From: Nitrososphaerota archaeon
Lineage (GTDB): Archaea; Thermoproteota; Nitrososphaeria_A; Caldarchaeales; Caldarchaeaceae
Assembly: GCA_041641305.1 (NCBI GenBank)
Contig: JBEPYN010000003.1
Location: 1 to 64,000, forward strand
DNA: 64,000 bases
Direction of reading: 5' to 3'
The notes beneath the pieces are model-generated. The model searched no databases, was not told the DNA's origin, and saw only the letters and a list, made by a program, of their open reading frames with translations. A program made the position numbers and the translations under genes. Shown here piece after piece: positions 28,944-38,805 of the stretch (the stretch's first letter is position 1; the number at the start of each line of letters is the position of its first letter).

Positions 28944-29969
28944 TTAAATGTTTACGTTGGAGAACTCTTCCTTTAGGTGCCGGGGCGGGGTCGAGTAGAC
29001 ATCCTCGAAGATGGCCGAGGGAGGAATGGCTGGAGTTTTTTCTACTTCTTCGATTTTCTGCTCCAAAATCTGCCTTAAGCTTGTCCAAATCAAGTTGTCT
29101 TTTTCCTCATCCAACAAGTTTCTCTGGATAAGCAGCTTCTCACAGAGGGTTATTGGGTCTCGGCTACGCCATATCTCAACCTCTTGAGCGGTTCTGTACT
29201 TGGTTGGGTCATCGGCGGTAGAGTGGGCTGCGAGCCTATAAGTAATGGCCTCGATTAAAGTCGGGCCTCCGCCTCGACGTGCCTTTTCGACAGCAGCACG
29301 TACAGCTGCATAAATTTCCTCCACGTTGTTGCCGTCTACCACCACTCCCTCGAAGCCATAGGCCTCCGCCTTCGCTGCTATGGTTTCCGAGGCCGTTTGC
29401 TGACGTAGAGGCACCGATATTGCGTATTGGTTGTTTTGGCAGATGAAGACCGTAGGTGTTTTGAATACGCCGGCCATGTTGAGGCCTTCGTGGAAATCGC
29501 CTTTTGATGTCGCACCGTCTCCGAAGAAAACAAGCATCACGGTGTCTTCACCTCTTCTCTTGGCTGCGTATCCAAATCCGACGGATACGGGGATGTGCGC
29601 AGCCACCGGGCCTGGGCCTGTGATGATCCTGTATCTCCTGTCACCGAAGAGCAGAACTTCGTGGCCTTTGAGAGGATCTCCTACTCGGCCGAGCTGCCTT
29701 GCAACAAGTGTCTCGAGGGGAACGCCGCGTGCTATGAAAGCACCTGTTTCACGATATGTTGGAAATATCCAGTCAAGCGGCGAGGCAGCGTTGACGGCCG
29801 CGACGGAGACAGCCTCCTGACCCTCTGAAGAGGTGTATGCAGCGACTTTGCCGGCGCGTTGAAGCTTAACCATGGCCGAGTCAAACAGCCTCGCCAAAAC
29901 CATCTCCCTATACATCTTAAGAAGAAGTTCATCGCTCAACAATTCGTGGGTTTTCAAATCCGTGTGCAA
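28944..29969 (-). CDS. 2-oxoacid (pyruvate/branched-chain) dehydrogenase E1 alpha subunit
   Basis: GQEA, PTYRE, TPP motif GDGATSKGDFHEGLN...QNN, YRLAAHSTADDP. Confidence 0.9.
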   Translation of the reverse strand: MHTDLKTHELLSDELLLKMYREMVLARLFDSAMVKLQRAGKVAAYTSSEGQEAVSVAAVNAASPLDWIFPTYRETGAFIARGVPLETLVARQLGRVGDPLKGHEVLLFGDRRYRIITGPGPVAAHIPVSVGFGYAAKRRGEDTVMLVFFGDGATSKGDFHEGLNMAGVFKTPTVFICQNNQYAISVPLRQQTASETIAAKAEAYGFEGVVVDGNNVEEIYAAVRAAVEKARRGGGPTLIEAITYRLAAHSTADDPTKYRTAQEVEIWRSRDPITLCEKLLIQRNLLDEEKDNLIWTSLRQILEQKIEEVEKTPAIPPSAIFEDVYSTPPRHLKEEFSNVNI

Positions 29970-30003
29970 CTCTTAAAGGTTAACATGTTTTTCTCAGAAA
30001 TGG

Positions 30004-30765
30004 ATGCAAAGGGTTCTGGTTGGTTGCTGCGGCTGGGCTGTGAAAGGTGGAAAAGAAGCCTATTACCAAAAGTTTCCGGCGATAGAGGTTCAGGAAACTT
30101 TCTACAAACTTCCAAAACCCGAAACTGTAAAGCGGTGGCGTGAAAACGCTCCCAGCGGCTTTGTTTTCTGCATGAAGGCTTGGCAGGCGGTCTCCCACCC
30201 GGTCTCCAGCCCAACTTGGAGAAAAGCGGGACTTGTTCAGGCGAAGAGTGGAAAAACACGGTATGGATGGCTTAGGCCTGTGAAAGAAAACTTTGCGGCA
30301 TGGGATAAAACAGTGGAGGTGGCGAAAGCCATGCAGGCACGTGTGGTCGTAATCCAGACACCGGCATCGATGCCCGACGACCAAAAAACACAACAAAACA
30401 TCATGAAATTTTTTGAACACGCTACCGGACACACCGTGACGATAGCATGGGAGCCGAGAGGAAAACTTGCAAAGAACATCGCCTTCCTCAAAAAAGTCTG
30501 CGAAAAACATGGCATAATTCATGTAACAGATGTCCTGAAAGCGGAGCCGGCAACCCTGCATGAAATATTCTACACACGTTTACATGGGCTTGGCGGTGAA
30601 GTCAACTACAGATACAGATATAGCGATGAAGACCTGAGCCTCCTTGCAGAGAAAATCTATGCAAGAGACTTTGGCGAGGGATATGTGTTTTTCAACAACG
30701 TCTGGATGGCTGAGGACGCGGAGAGATTCATGAGGTTGCTAAAGCGGGAGGATAAGCTCTCCTGA
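30004..30765 (+). CDS. DUF72 family protein
   Basis: VGCCGW, EVQETFY, WEPRG, YTRLHG, FNN. Confidence 0.88.
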   Translation: MQRVLVGCCGWAVKGGKEAYYQKFPAIEVQETFYKLPKPETVKRWRENAPSGFVFCMKAWQAVSHPVSSPTWRKAGLVQAKSGKTRYGWLRPVKENFAAWDKTVEVAKAMQARVVVIQTPASMPDDQKTQQNIMKFFEHATGHTVTIAWEPRGKLAKNIAFLKKVCEKHGIIHVTDVLKAEPATLHEIFYTRLHGLGGEVNYRYRYSDEDLSLLAEKIYARDFGEGYVFFNNVWMAEDAERFMRLLKREDKLS

Positions 30766-31059
30766 ATATTTTTTCAAGCCATCTTTCTCCATCTTCGCCA
30801 CAATACTTTCAGCAGCCTTATGTGGGATTGGGTGAGACATGGCCTTTGCGTAGCCGTCGGCGTCACAGACCACAATAACGGAGAAGTTTTCATCTTTCTG
30901 AACCACAGTAAAAAAATTCTCCTCTCCAACAGGAGCCCATCCGTCACGAGTTTCCTTCACAACCATCGCCGCATAGGCGGTTCCAGTGTAGGCGGACAGA
31001 AGTTGCTGAGCCCTCTGGGCAACCACTTCACCTCTCCGAAAAGCTTCGAAATACTGCAC
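30739..31059 (-). CDS. Hypothetical protein
   Basis: Open frame; likely GTG start at 31059 with TTTAAA box at 31084-31089 (the track's longer ORF overlaps the divergent gene). Confidence 0.6.
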   Translation of the reverse strand: MQYFEAFRRGEVVAQRAQQLLSAYTGTAYAAMVVKETRDGWAPVGEENFFTVVQKDENFSVIVVCDADGYAKAMSHPIPHKAAESIVAKMEKDGLKKYSGELILPL

Positions 31060-31120
31060 AACTCTCGATAAAGCCGCTCCCGCTTTAAAGTTTATCAAAC
31101 GCTGTTCAGGTTTACAGGAC

Positions 31121-31426
31121 GTGATTTTGCGTGTCTGGACATGTCCCCTGAAGAAGGGGATGGAGAAGGCATTCGAAGAGTTTGCCATTAAAGAGGCCAC
31201 GCAGATACTAGAGATGCAGGAAGGGTGTCTAAACGCGTTCTTCGGAATCGACTACGGCGAACCATCCGTTGGAGTAGTGGTGACGCTGTGGCGAGACATC
31301 GAATCGCTTAAAGCCTTCACCGGAGGCGATTGGAGGGAGCCCTATATCCACCCAAAGGAGGCGCCCTTGCTCGCGGAAAAACCAAAGGTAAACCACTACA
31401 CGCTGGTGGGCAAAATACCCCGGTAG
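31121..31426 (+). CDS. Antibiotic biosynthesis monooxygenase (ABM)-like dimeric barrel protein
   Basis: QEGCL, VVVTLWRDIESLKAFTG, VNHY. Confidence 0.75.
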   Translation: MILRVWTCPLKKGMEKAFEEFAIKEATQILEMQEGCLNAFFGIDYGEPSVGVVVTLWRDIESLKAFTGGDWREPYIHPKEAPLLAEKPKVNHYTLVGKIPR

Positions 31427-31500
31427 TATCGGGAAAACATGGCATAAAAAGGGGTTGAAAAAGGATTTAAACCCAGTTTTCAGCCTATAAGCGAACGGAA

Positions 31501-31677
31501 ATGGGCAAAGAATCTTTCGTGGTCGAGTCAAGAGTTCGCGAGGCGTTGCCCGAGGGAATTAGGCTGGGATCTGATGCTCTGGAGGGGCTTAACGAAGCCG
31601 TCAAAGCACTGATAGACAAAGCGGTCAAAAGATGCCAAGCCAATGGCAGAAAAACATTGATGAAGGAAGATTTCTAA
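31501..31677 (+). CDS. Short histone-fold protein (truncated-alpha3 / DUF1931-like), absent from the ORF track
   Basis: Translated by hand: MGKESFVVESRVREALPEGIRLGSDALEGLNEAVKALIDKAVKRCQANGRKTLMKEDF*; RKT-x4-D histone L2/alpha3 motif; TTTAAA box at 31466-31471. Confidence 0.88.
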   Translation: MGKESFVVESRVREALPEGIRLGSDALEGLNEAVKALIDKAVKRCQANGRKTLMKEDF

Positions 31678-31707
31678 GCCGCTTCTAGGGCCTCAGCTTA
31701 ACACGCC

Positions 31708-32838
31708 CTATTTTTTCGCTTCTATCGGCTTGAAGCGAGGCTTGAGTTTCTCGATTATCTGAGGCAGGGTAGTGTACTCCATCTCCTCATGACCTAGTCT
31801 GGCTGGCTCGAATTCTCCCATGGTTCTAAGGGTGATGGCGAGTTCCGCTGCTTTGTTTCTGACGGTGTCCCAGAACGGGTCTTCGAAGAGGTCGACAGGC
31901 TCCACACCATCTTGTCCTACAAGTCTCCCGTTAGATACCTGCCACCCCATAGCCATCACTCTCGGCGGCCCATCGAAATAGCTAACAACATTCTGGCCTT
32001 TGCGGAATGAAACAGGCATCAAAGGGCCTCTGTGGCTTCCTCTCATCCAGCCGGAAACGATGAACGGTGGCGCAAAAGCTGCGAGAACCTCACCCACTGC
32101 CGGGAAACCTGCCTGGGCCCTCACTATCATGACGGGGTCATCCTTCCCCACATAGCGGCCGGCAATCAAGCTAAGACGTGTAGTGCTTGCGGCGGCCGCC
32201 GGCTCGCCGTCACTCGCTCTATAAACCTTTGAAACAGCGTAGCGTCCAACCGTCCCAAGCAACGCGACCAAGTCATACAATTCCTCGGGAGTTTTGAGCA
32301 AAACAGACCAAGACTCCACAAGGTCGAGGACCTCGAACTTGAACCCATCGTGCAGTGTCGGGTCTATGACAAGGCCTGCGGTGTTCTCCGGTGATGCGAA
32401 TATGCGGTAAAGTGGTAGGTTCCATGCACCGGGCTCGGTTTTGTCCGCTGCAAATACTATGATGGGGTCTGATTTCCTCTCCTCAAACTCTATTTCGGCT
32501 ACTCCCGGACCGAGACCTTTGACGTTTCCGCTGAATGCGTCTGAGAGGAGGTCTTGTCCTGCGCCATAGAGCTTCATGGGCTTGGCCACTTTCTCGGTTA
32601 TTTCTCTGAAAACGTTCCATGCGAGGCCGTGAACCTCGGGGTTGTCTTCACCTTTGTCGTGGCTCATTACCAGTATTATGTCGTCTCCACAGTGGGTTGC
32701 GTATCCTGATTTTATGAGGCCTGTTTTCTCGGCTTCAGCGAGTTTCTGAGACGCGAGTTCCATCATCTTGGGGTGGGGCTTGTGATGTCCGGCGATGCTT
32801 CCTACATCAGCCTTTATGACCGAGACCGTCGTTCTCAT
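31708..32838 (-). CDS. fbp: Bifunctional fructose-1,6-bisphosphate aldolase/phosphatase
   Basis: SVIKADVGSIAGH, LYGAGQDLL, DKTEPGAWN, YVGKDDP, GWMRGSH, MEYTTLP. Confidence 0.95.
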   Translation of the reverse strand: MRTTVSVIKADVGSIAGHHKPHPKMMELASQKLAEAEKTGLIKSGYATHCGDDIILVMSHDKGEDNPEVHGLAWNVFREITEKVAKPMKLYGAGQDLLSDAFSGNVKGLGPGVAEIEFEERKSDPIIVFAADKTEPGAWNLPLYRIFASPENTAGLVIDPTLHDGFKFEVLDLVESWSVLLKTPEELYDLVALLGTVGRYAVSKVYRASDGEPAAAASTTRLSLIAGRYVGKDDPVMIVRAQAGFPAVGEVLAAFAPPFIVSGWMRGSHRGPLMPVSFRKGQNVVSYFDGPPRVMAMGWQVSNGRLVGQDGVEPVDLFEDPFWDTVRNKAAELAITLRTMGEFEPARLGHEEMEYTTLPQIIEKLKPRFKPIEAKK

Positions 32839-34352
32839 TTCTGCTCACGTCTAACATGGCCTGCTCGATAAAAGGTCTTACGCAGTCTAATAACGGTGTA
32901 TAATAGGAGGGCTGTGAGAATAATGGCTGAGACTCTCAGCCCCGCAACACCAGCCGGGTCATCCAATACAATAATTGTCCAAGTCGTGTCACCTGTCAAA
33001 GTGAAAACATTGTTTGTGAAGCTTGGAGGGGTTTCAGCTCTCATGACATATTTTTCGGCGGGAAGATAGATTGATGATATGCTTGAGAATTTCGCGGAAT
33101 TGATTACCACCGTGTTGGGGCCTCGGTATACTGTGCCGTTGGGCCAGACAAGTCTTATATGTGCTTCGTGGAGCTGGAGGTTTATGGTTATTCTTTCTCC
33201 AGCGGTCACCGTGAAAGGTAATGTTATGGATGTTGCGTTGAAGTTCAGTGACAAATTTGTTTCCTTCGACGGGGTATGATAGGTCGCGTTGCCATAGTTA
33301 CTTATTTCAATCCTGTTAGCGAAAATTATCCCGATCCAGTCATCCAACTTTTGGGCCTGTCCGTCAGTGACCGACACACCCACACTCCTCAAGTATCTAG
33401 CATGATTTTGATCATATAAGCGGATGAAAGCTATCGGCGGCCTCATTTGAAGAATCCAGATGTTGCCAGACTCGTCCCCGACTAAGATTGTGTAGTTTTT
33501 ACTTGCAGCTGCCCAGACATCAGTGCTGATTACACGACTTGACCCGGTTAAGCTTTTCATCGATTCCGGAAGAACCAATATCTCCTTCTCCAAAAGAAGC
33601 CTGTTGTCCGAGGCTGCGTAGAGACGTATAATATGAGAACCTATGCCTATTTTCCTCAAGCCTGAAACCTGTTCACCATCAGAAGGCAGATTCACGCTAA
33701 AAACAGTCGAGTCATTAACCCTTCTACCCTCAACTATTTGGTTGACAGATACAGAGTCCAGTTGCATGGTGAAAGGTAGGCCGTCGAGCAGCCCTGAGTA
33801 ACGTATCGGCGGCTCCTGTCTCAATATCTCGACCCTCGCCCTTGTCTCGTTGAAGCCCTTCAAAACAATGTCCACCGATGAGCCTGCCGCCGCGACTTCC
33901 CCCTCACTCCTTCCCTCCAAGAAAAGAGCATAAGCGTTGGCGGATGTTGACGCCGTCATGACGACAAGCAATCCATCAAACCTAATTGAAACCTGTACAG
34001 GGGGCCTCGTTGTCGGAGGCCTGACCTGCATAGTTAGTCTTTGACCCGTGTCGGCCACAAGTGTCCAGTTTCCCGCGTCACCGGGCCCGAATCTCCTTAA
34101 AACAGTTCTCTCCCCGTCACGTACAAAAACATTTTCACCTAAGCCGTTCGGAGAAACAAGAGTGACGAAACCATCTCTGCCGACAATTTTTACCGAAAGA
34201 GTTTCACCCACACCCCATTCGAGAGCTCCTCCATCGAGGAATGGGAGCATCATTTCGCCGTCGAACCCGACCAGCCAATACGGCTCTATGTTCTGTCCTT
34301 GAGAGGGGGCAATCAATAGAACTATTGCCAAGAGAAAAAGGGCTCTATTCAT
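32835..34352 (-). CDS. Secreted, beta-rich, C-terminally anchored hypothetical protein
   Basis: Signal peptide MNRALFLLAIVLLIAPSQG; C-terminal TM with basic tail. Confidence 0.7.
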   Translation of the reverse strand: MNRALFLLAIVLLIAPSQGQNIEPYWLVGFDGEMMLPFLDGGALEWGVGETLSVKIVGRDGFVTLVSPNGLGENVFVRDGERTVLRRFGPGDAGNWTLVADTGQRLTMQVRPPTTRPPVQVSIRFDGLLVVMTASTSANAYALFLEGRSEGEVAAAGSSVDIVLKGFNETRARVEILRQEPPIRYSGLLDGLPFTMQLDSVSVNQIVEGRRVNDSTVFSVNLPSDGEQVSGLRKIGIGSHIIRLYAASDNRLLLEKEILVLPESMKSLTGSSRVISTDVWAAASKNYTILVGDESGNIWILQMRPPIAFIRLYDQNHARYLRSVGVSVTDGQAQKLDDWIGIIFANRIEISNYGNATYHTPSKETNLSLNFNATSITLPFTVTAGERITINLQLHEAHIRLVWPNGTVYRGPNTVVINSAKFSSISSIYLPAEKYVMRAETPPSFTNNVFTLTGDTTWTIIVLDDPAGVAGLRVSAIILTALLLYTVIRLRKTFYRAGHVRREQK

Positions 34353-35058
34353 GTGACATACGCAGCCAAATCATCAAAGCAGTCAATAGTACTGCAAATG
34401 AGCCCAGCAGAAAAAATGGGCTGAGCAACGGCGACAACTGGCTTACGAAGATGCTGAGGCTCATCAAGGCGAGTGTTGTTAAGAGGGTCTTGAGGAAGGG
34501 TTGGTTCATCGTTTGTAGGCGATTTCCCGCGAAGGACGCGAGTAATGCGAAGGTGGCCAGGGCTGTGAGAACGGTAAAGAGCAGCTCCGGCTCAGGATTC
34601 GAGGGGGTGATGTTAACGGTGCCGGTTGAGAAAAGCCCGAGAATGTTTTGTACAAGTGTGATGAATAATCTTTCGGGCCTCAGAACACCGGTGGATGCTA
34701 TGTTGTTTAACAGGAGCGCGAAAACGTATGACGCGTAGTAGCCTCCAACAAGCCCCGTGAACACGTTGCTCCTATAGGCTGATATGGCGAAGACGGCGGG
34801 CGCTGAAATTATGTAACCAGCCGCGAGACCGAGGAACGGGTAAACAACCCCCGTCAGCAGAAGTGAGACCGTGTACGCTGCGGGAACATACACCAACACT
34901 ATCCCAGCCCACTTGAACCTATCGGTCGCGGAGATGAAAAGAAGAGAGAAGAACCCTATGAACACGAAGGTGTTTGATGCATCCATCCGGGACAAAGCGA
35001 AAAATGTCAAGACAAGTGGGGGAAGCAGGGCCACGGCTCTCAGCAGCTTATCTATCAT
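34345..35058 (-). CDS. Polytopic membrane hypothetical protein
   Basis: About 7-8 hydrophobic segments; overlapping start/stop coupling within the operon. Confidence 0.7.
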   Translation of the reverse strand: MIDKLLRAVALLPPLVLTFFALSRMDASNTFVFIGFFSLLFISATDRFKWAGIVLVYVPAAYTVSLLLTGVVYPFLGLAAGYIISAPAVFAISAYRSNVFTGLVGGYYASYVFALLLNNIASTGVLRPERLFITLVQNILGLFSTGTVNITPSNPEPELLFTVLTALATFALLASFAGNRLQTMNQPFLKTLLTTLALMSLSIFVSQLSPLLSPFFLLGSFAVLLTALMIWLRMSHE

Positions 35059-36311
35059 GTCATCAGCCTCAAGCTTCTATGAAGGTGGGTAAGATAGTTT
35101 AGCAGATCCGTCTGCCTAACCAAGTAGACGTGACCGTAGACCATACGGAGCCGCTGCACACGAGCATCTTCAAGAGCCTCCAAAAACTTTGCAGGCACCG
35201 ACACGTTTTCCAGACTGGGCACGATAAGGTATAGGACACCGCCATGCAACATAACTCTCTCAGCCACTGTCTTGAGAGAAGCTTCGTCAAGGTTTGCGAA
35301 CCTGCCCAACATAAACACGGCGTCAAACCCCCGCAAATACTCCAGGTAATCAACAATCCTATACGGCGACACTGGCGGTGTTGAGGAGAGATATGTCAAC
35401 AACCTGAAATAATCACTCAGCCCCGTAGCCTTCACCGCTCCTTCTCTGGCGCCAGGGACAACTATGGTTATCGAGTCGCCTCGTTCAAGAACGGATGACG
35501 CAAGTGTAGAGGCTGCCGCAACCACCGAGTCTAGCAGCGAAGGGTTGCCTAGGATATTGTTATGGCTGTAGTCTAGGACGAGACAGATCTTGAGACGGTT
35601 TTGTTTATCGAAACGTCGAACAAAAATTTCCCCGTTTTCTCTCGCTGTTCTCCTCCAATCAATAGCTTTCAACGGCTGCCCCTCCTCATACCTTGTTATC
35701 TCCCGAAAGATGTCGTCGACACCGTATTCGTGGGATGAGCCAGTACCTGTGTAGGGAGATGGGATCACTCTCTTCACGGCATCCGACATCCTTGGCTTAC
35801 CTACTGCGGGCTCCGTGAAAACGATTTTCACCTCTTCTCCTAGAGAGAATTCTTTGTAGACCATTCCATAGTCGTCCAAAACATGTACTAACAGCGGCCC
35901 AAGGAGCCCAGTGCCACGTCCATCTGACGTAACTGTGTAATCGAGCTCTAGAAGTTCGTCGGGGGCCAAGATTCTTTCAACTTGAACATTTCCTTCAACA
36001 AGTTTGAGACCCTCCAAACGATCTGCTATCCGTACCCTGATTCTTCGACCCGATTTATTAGCCACCTTAACACGAACCTCGGTTTTCTCACCTCTTCGTA
36101 GCAGCTCTCGCCTTACTTGCCGCGAAAACAGGAAATCCGATTGACTAAACATTCTGAGAGAAGATGAGGCAAAAACACAGTAAAGCAACGTGAAAACCCC
36201 AACTATGTAGATTGATAGGCTCAAGGCCTTGTAAACAGAAACTGTGGATGCGAAAAACACTAGGATAAACATCGATACTAATGTTTTGTAGCCTTGGGAT
36301 GTCAGCCTCAA
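35055..36311 (-). CDS. DUF58 family (vWA-like) protein
   Basis: 2 TM, Ig-like segment, FREITRYEEGQPLKAIDWRRTAR, LVLDYS; TTG start overlapping the MoxR stop. Confidence 0.85.
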   Translation of the reverse strand: MRLTSQGYKTLVSMFILVFFASTVSVYKALSLSIYIVGVFTLLYCVFASSSLRMFSQSDFLFSRQVRRELLRRGEKTEVRVKVANKSGRRIRVRIADRLEGLKLVEGNVQVERILAPDELLELDYTVTSDGRGTGLLGPLLVHVLDDYGMVYKEFSLGEEVKIVFTEPAVGKPRMSDAVKRVIPSPYTGTGSSHEYGVDDIFREITRYEEGQPLKAIDWRRTARENGEIFVRRFDKQNRLKICLVLDYSHNNILGNPSLLDSVVAAASTLASSVLERGDSITIVVPGAREGAVKATGLSDYFRLLTYLSSTPPVSPYRIVDYLEYLRGFDAVFMLGRFANLDEASLKTVAERVMLHGGVLYLIVPSLENVSVPAKFLEALEDARVQRLRMVYGHVYLVRQTDLLNYLTHLHRSLRLMT

Positions 36312-37264
36312 ACCGGAACCTCCGTCTCCAACAAATATTCCCGAATAACTTTCTCGATGAATCCGTAGTCGGTTTTCTTGGAGAGGTCGAGGTACTCGGG
36401 TTTGGGCATGAGACGATGGTTGAGCACACGGTAGCAAACTTTCTTGACATCGTCGGGGATGACATAGTCGCGGTTATTCAACGCAGCATGGGCCTTGGCC
36501 GTGTAGAGTAGGGCTATCTCGGCTCTTGGACTCGCACCGAGCATCAACCTTGTGTCGGCCCTGCTTTTCATAACGATTTCAACTATGTACTCCAAAATTT
36601 CTGGCACTACCTTAACGTGATGAACCTCATCCATTGCAAGGGTGAGAAGGTCGCTGGTTATTGCGGGTTGAACTGGGATATCCTCGCCAAGCATGTCCCT
36701 TAACTTGAGAATTTGGATTTCTTCTTCGCGGCTTGGGTAGGAGACTATGACTCTCATCATGAAACGGTCTATCTCTGCTTCTGGAAGGGGGAAGGTGCCC
36801 TCAAGCTCCACGGGGTTCTGCGTGGCTATGACGAGAAAAGGCTCCGGCAACCTGTAGGTAACCCCCTCGACAGTCACCTGCCTCTCTTGCATAGCTTCAA
36901 GCAAGGCTGACTGGCTTCTCGGAGGAGCCCTGTTTATCTCATCGATCAAAACCACGTTGGCGAAAACCGGACCCGGCTTAAACTCAAGCTCGCCTGTTTT
37001 CCTATTGAGGACGAGGCCGCCTATTATGTCTGATGGAAGAATATCAGTCGTGAACTGCAGCCTCCTAAAGCTTAGGCCCAAGGACATCGCAAAAGATTTT
37101 GCTAGAAGCGTCTTGGCGAGACCTGGGACACCTTCCATTATGACGTGGCCGCCTGTCAACAAAGCGATTATCAGCGACTCTACGGCCTCATGCATCCCCA
37201 CGACAACTTTGCCGACCTCATTCCTCACACTTTCTCCAAGCATCGCAGCAAACATCTTATGCAT
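36308..37264 (-). CDS. moxR: MoxR-family AAA+ ATPase
   Basis: EGVPGLAKT, LIDEINRAPPRSQSALLEAMQE, ATQNPVELEGTFPLPEA, GASPR. Confidence 0.95.
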   Translation of the reverse strand: MHKMFAAMLGESVRNEVGKVVVGMHEAVESLIIALLTGGHVIMEGVPGLAKTLLAKSFAMSLGLSFRRLQFTTDILPSDIIGGLVLNRKTGELEFKPGPVFANVVLIDEINRAPPRSQSALLEAMQERQVTVEGVTYRLPEPFLVIATQNPVELEGTFPLPEAEIDRFMMRVIVSYPSREEEIQILKLRDMLGEDIPVQPAITSDLLTLAMDEVHHVKVVPEILEYIVEIVMKSRADTRLMLGASPRAEIALLYTAKAHAALNNRDYVIPDDVKKVCYRVLNHRLMPKPEYLDLSKKTDYGFIEKVIREYLLETEVPV

Positions 37265-37529
37265 ATTTTCTCAACTCCTCCTCTATTCTCCTGAGTAAGC
37301 GTCTCCTCTCCAAATCAGTCTCTTTCCCACCATAGTGTCTCAGCTTTTTCAGAGCCCTCCTAACATCACCATTCATCACCAGCTTAACCATTTCCGCATA
37401 CTGGTCAACACCTACATCCCCATCCAACTTGGTCTCCTTTCTTTTCTTTTCACGTGGAATAGCCAGAAGTGATACTGTCCCCAAAAGCATCAAGGCCAAC
37501 AGTATGGGAAAAGAGTAATCACCCATCAT
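37257..37529 (-). CDS. Small single-TM hypothetical protein
   Basis: N-terminal hydrophobic helix; coupled within the moxR operon. Confidence 0.6.
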   Translation of the reverse strand: MMGDYSFPILLALMLLGTVSLLAIPREKKRKETKLDGDVGVDQYAEMVKLVMNGDVRRALKKLRHYGGKETDLERRRLLRRIEEELRKYA

Positions 37530-37968
37530 ACCAGAACTCCTCTACAAGCTTGCGAAGACTTTCCTCGAATTGCGTGAGTTTCTCGCTAGTAGGCTCTTTG
37601 CCACCATACCTCACAGGCTCAAAAACCTCATACATCCTCTGTAGGTACGTTGCATAGTTATGTGGAATACGTCCAGAGTTGAGCACTTCTCTAGCTGTGT
37701 AACGCCCTGTGTCAACATTCACCGTATTGCAGATTTTTTTCAACACTTGTGGAAAAACTTTGATGACGGCTTCCGCGCTCTCGCCTTTCTGCAGCAAATG
37801 TTTGAAGAGCTCCTCCTCTTCTTTCAGGTTTATGATTTGTTGTGATGAGTTGGGTGAGTGTTTGTTTTTTGTCTTGGATTGGTTGACGAGGACGAGGCCG
37901 ACGATGGCTGCGACAAGAAAAATGTTTAGCACAAGCCAGAATGAGACGTTGTATAGAAGCGACTCCAT
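37519..37968 (-). CDS. DUF4129-like single-TM protein
   Basis: TAREV...YEVFEPVRYGGKEP resembles the DUF4129 signature. Confidence 0.65.
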   Translation of the reverse strand: MESLLYNVSFWLVLNIFLVAAIVGLVLVNQSKTKNKHSPNSSQQIINLKEEEELFKHLLQKGESAEAVIKVFPQVLKKICNTVNVDTGRYTAREVLNSGRIPHNYATYLQRMYEVFEPVRYGGKEPTSEKLTQFEESLRKLVEEFWYDG

Positions 37969-37974
37969 GTTTCC

Positions 37975-38712
37975 TCACTCTCGCTTCGTGAGCTGGGACT
38001 CGACGTAGAAGGCGGGGACGAAGCTTTCTTTCTGAACCACTAGCTGAACAAGGCCTTCGATTGTGGCTGACGCGGTATAGGGTTGTGCTGTTTCGCCTGT
38101 TCTTATCTCTGTGAATGGCCCCCTGTATTTCGGGATGGCGCCGGGTAGGTATGAGACTGTTTCTTCTCCTATGTATCTTTTGAGATAGTTGCTTTGGTCG
38201 ATGTAGGTTATGTAAGGTTTTCCAACATAGAGGCTGCTGTTGACTGGTGGGGTGTAGGCGGCCGTGATGTATGTCATCTGGGTTGCCGTGTCTATAACCA
38301 CATCCACGGACTCGAGGCTAAATCTTGTTTCTACGAATCTGACAACCAACTCGGTTATCCTTGTCGTAACCTCCACCTCGACGGCATAGGTTGGAAAAGA
38401 CGCCGTGGCTGAAGAGATGGATATGATGTGTTTGCCCGGTGTTGTTGTGAAGAAGGCGTAGCCGCTTAGGTTGGTGACTGTGGTGAAGTTGTTGAGTGAA
38501 ACGAGGGCCCGAGGTATTGGCGAAGGCGTCAAACCTTCAAAGGGTTTTTGCTCCACCTTCACCCGGAGTATGTAGGGACGGGTGGGGGCCTCGCTAAAGC
38601 CTATGTCAAACTGAAGAGAACTGGTCGAAATAGGGGGCATTATCTCGAAAAGGCTGAATCCTGTTAGAAGCGCCACCAAAGCCAATAAAATCACTACTCT
38701 TGAATTCTTCAC
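37975..38712 (-). CDS. Exported protein with carboxypeptidase-regulatory-like/Ig domain
   Basis: Signal anchor; PIPRALVSL...TNLSGYAFF..PGKHIISI. Confidence 0.6.
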   Translation of the reverse strand: MKNSRVVILLALVALLTGFSLFEIMPPISTSSLQFDIGFSEAPTRPYILRVKVEQKPFEGLTPSPIPRALVSLNNFTTVTNLSGYAFFTTTPGKHIISISSATASFPTYAVEVEVTTRITELVVRFVETRFSLESVDVVIDTATQMTYITAAYTPPVNSSLYVGKPYITYIDQSNYLKRYIGEETVSYLPGAIPKYRGPFTEIRTGETAQPYTASATIEGLVQLVVQKESFVPAFYVESQLTKRE

Positions 38713-38805
38713 CGTCCAGTAACCTAACTTGCCTTTTCTTATGCTTTATCAAACATACCGCTTCTGTATGCATATATAGCGTTAGCCCTCTAAAGTGCCT
38801 CGGAG

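Noticed and set aside
28416-29131. Arg/Pro/Gly-rich ORFs (28591..28947, 28416..28733, 28849..29088) and a possible RNase P RNA
   Set aside because: The GC-rich block is explained by SRP RNA (helix-8 motif, paired ends); no RNase P P4 signature was seen
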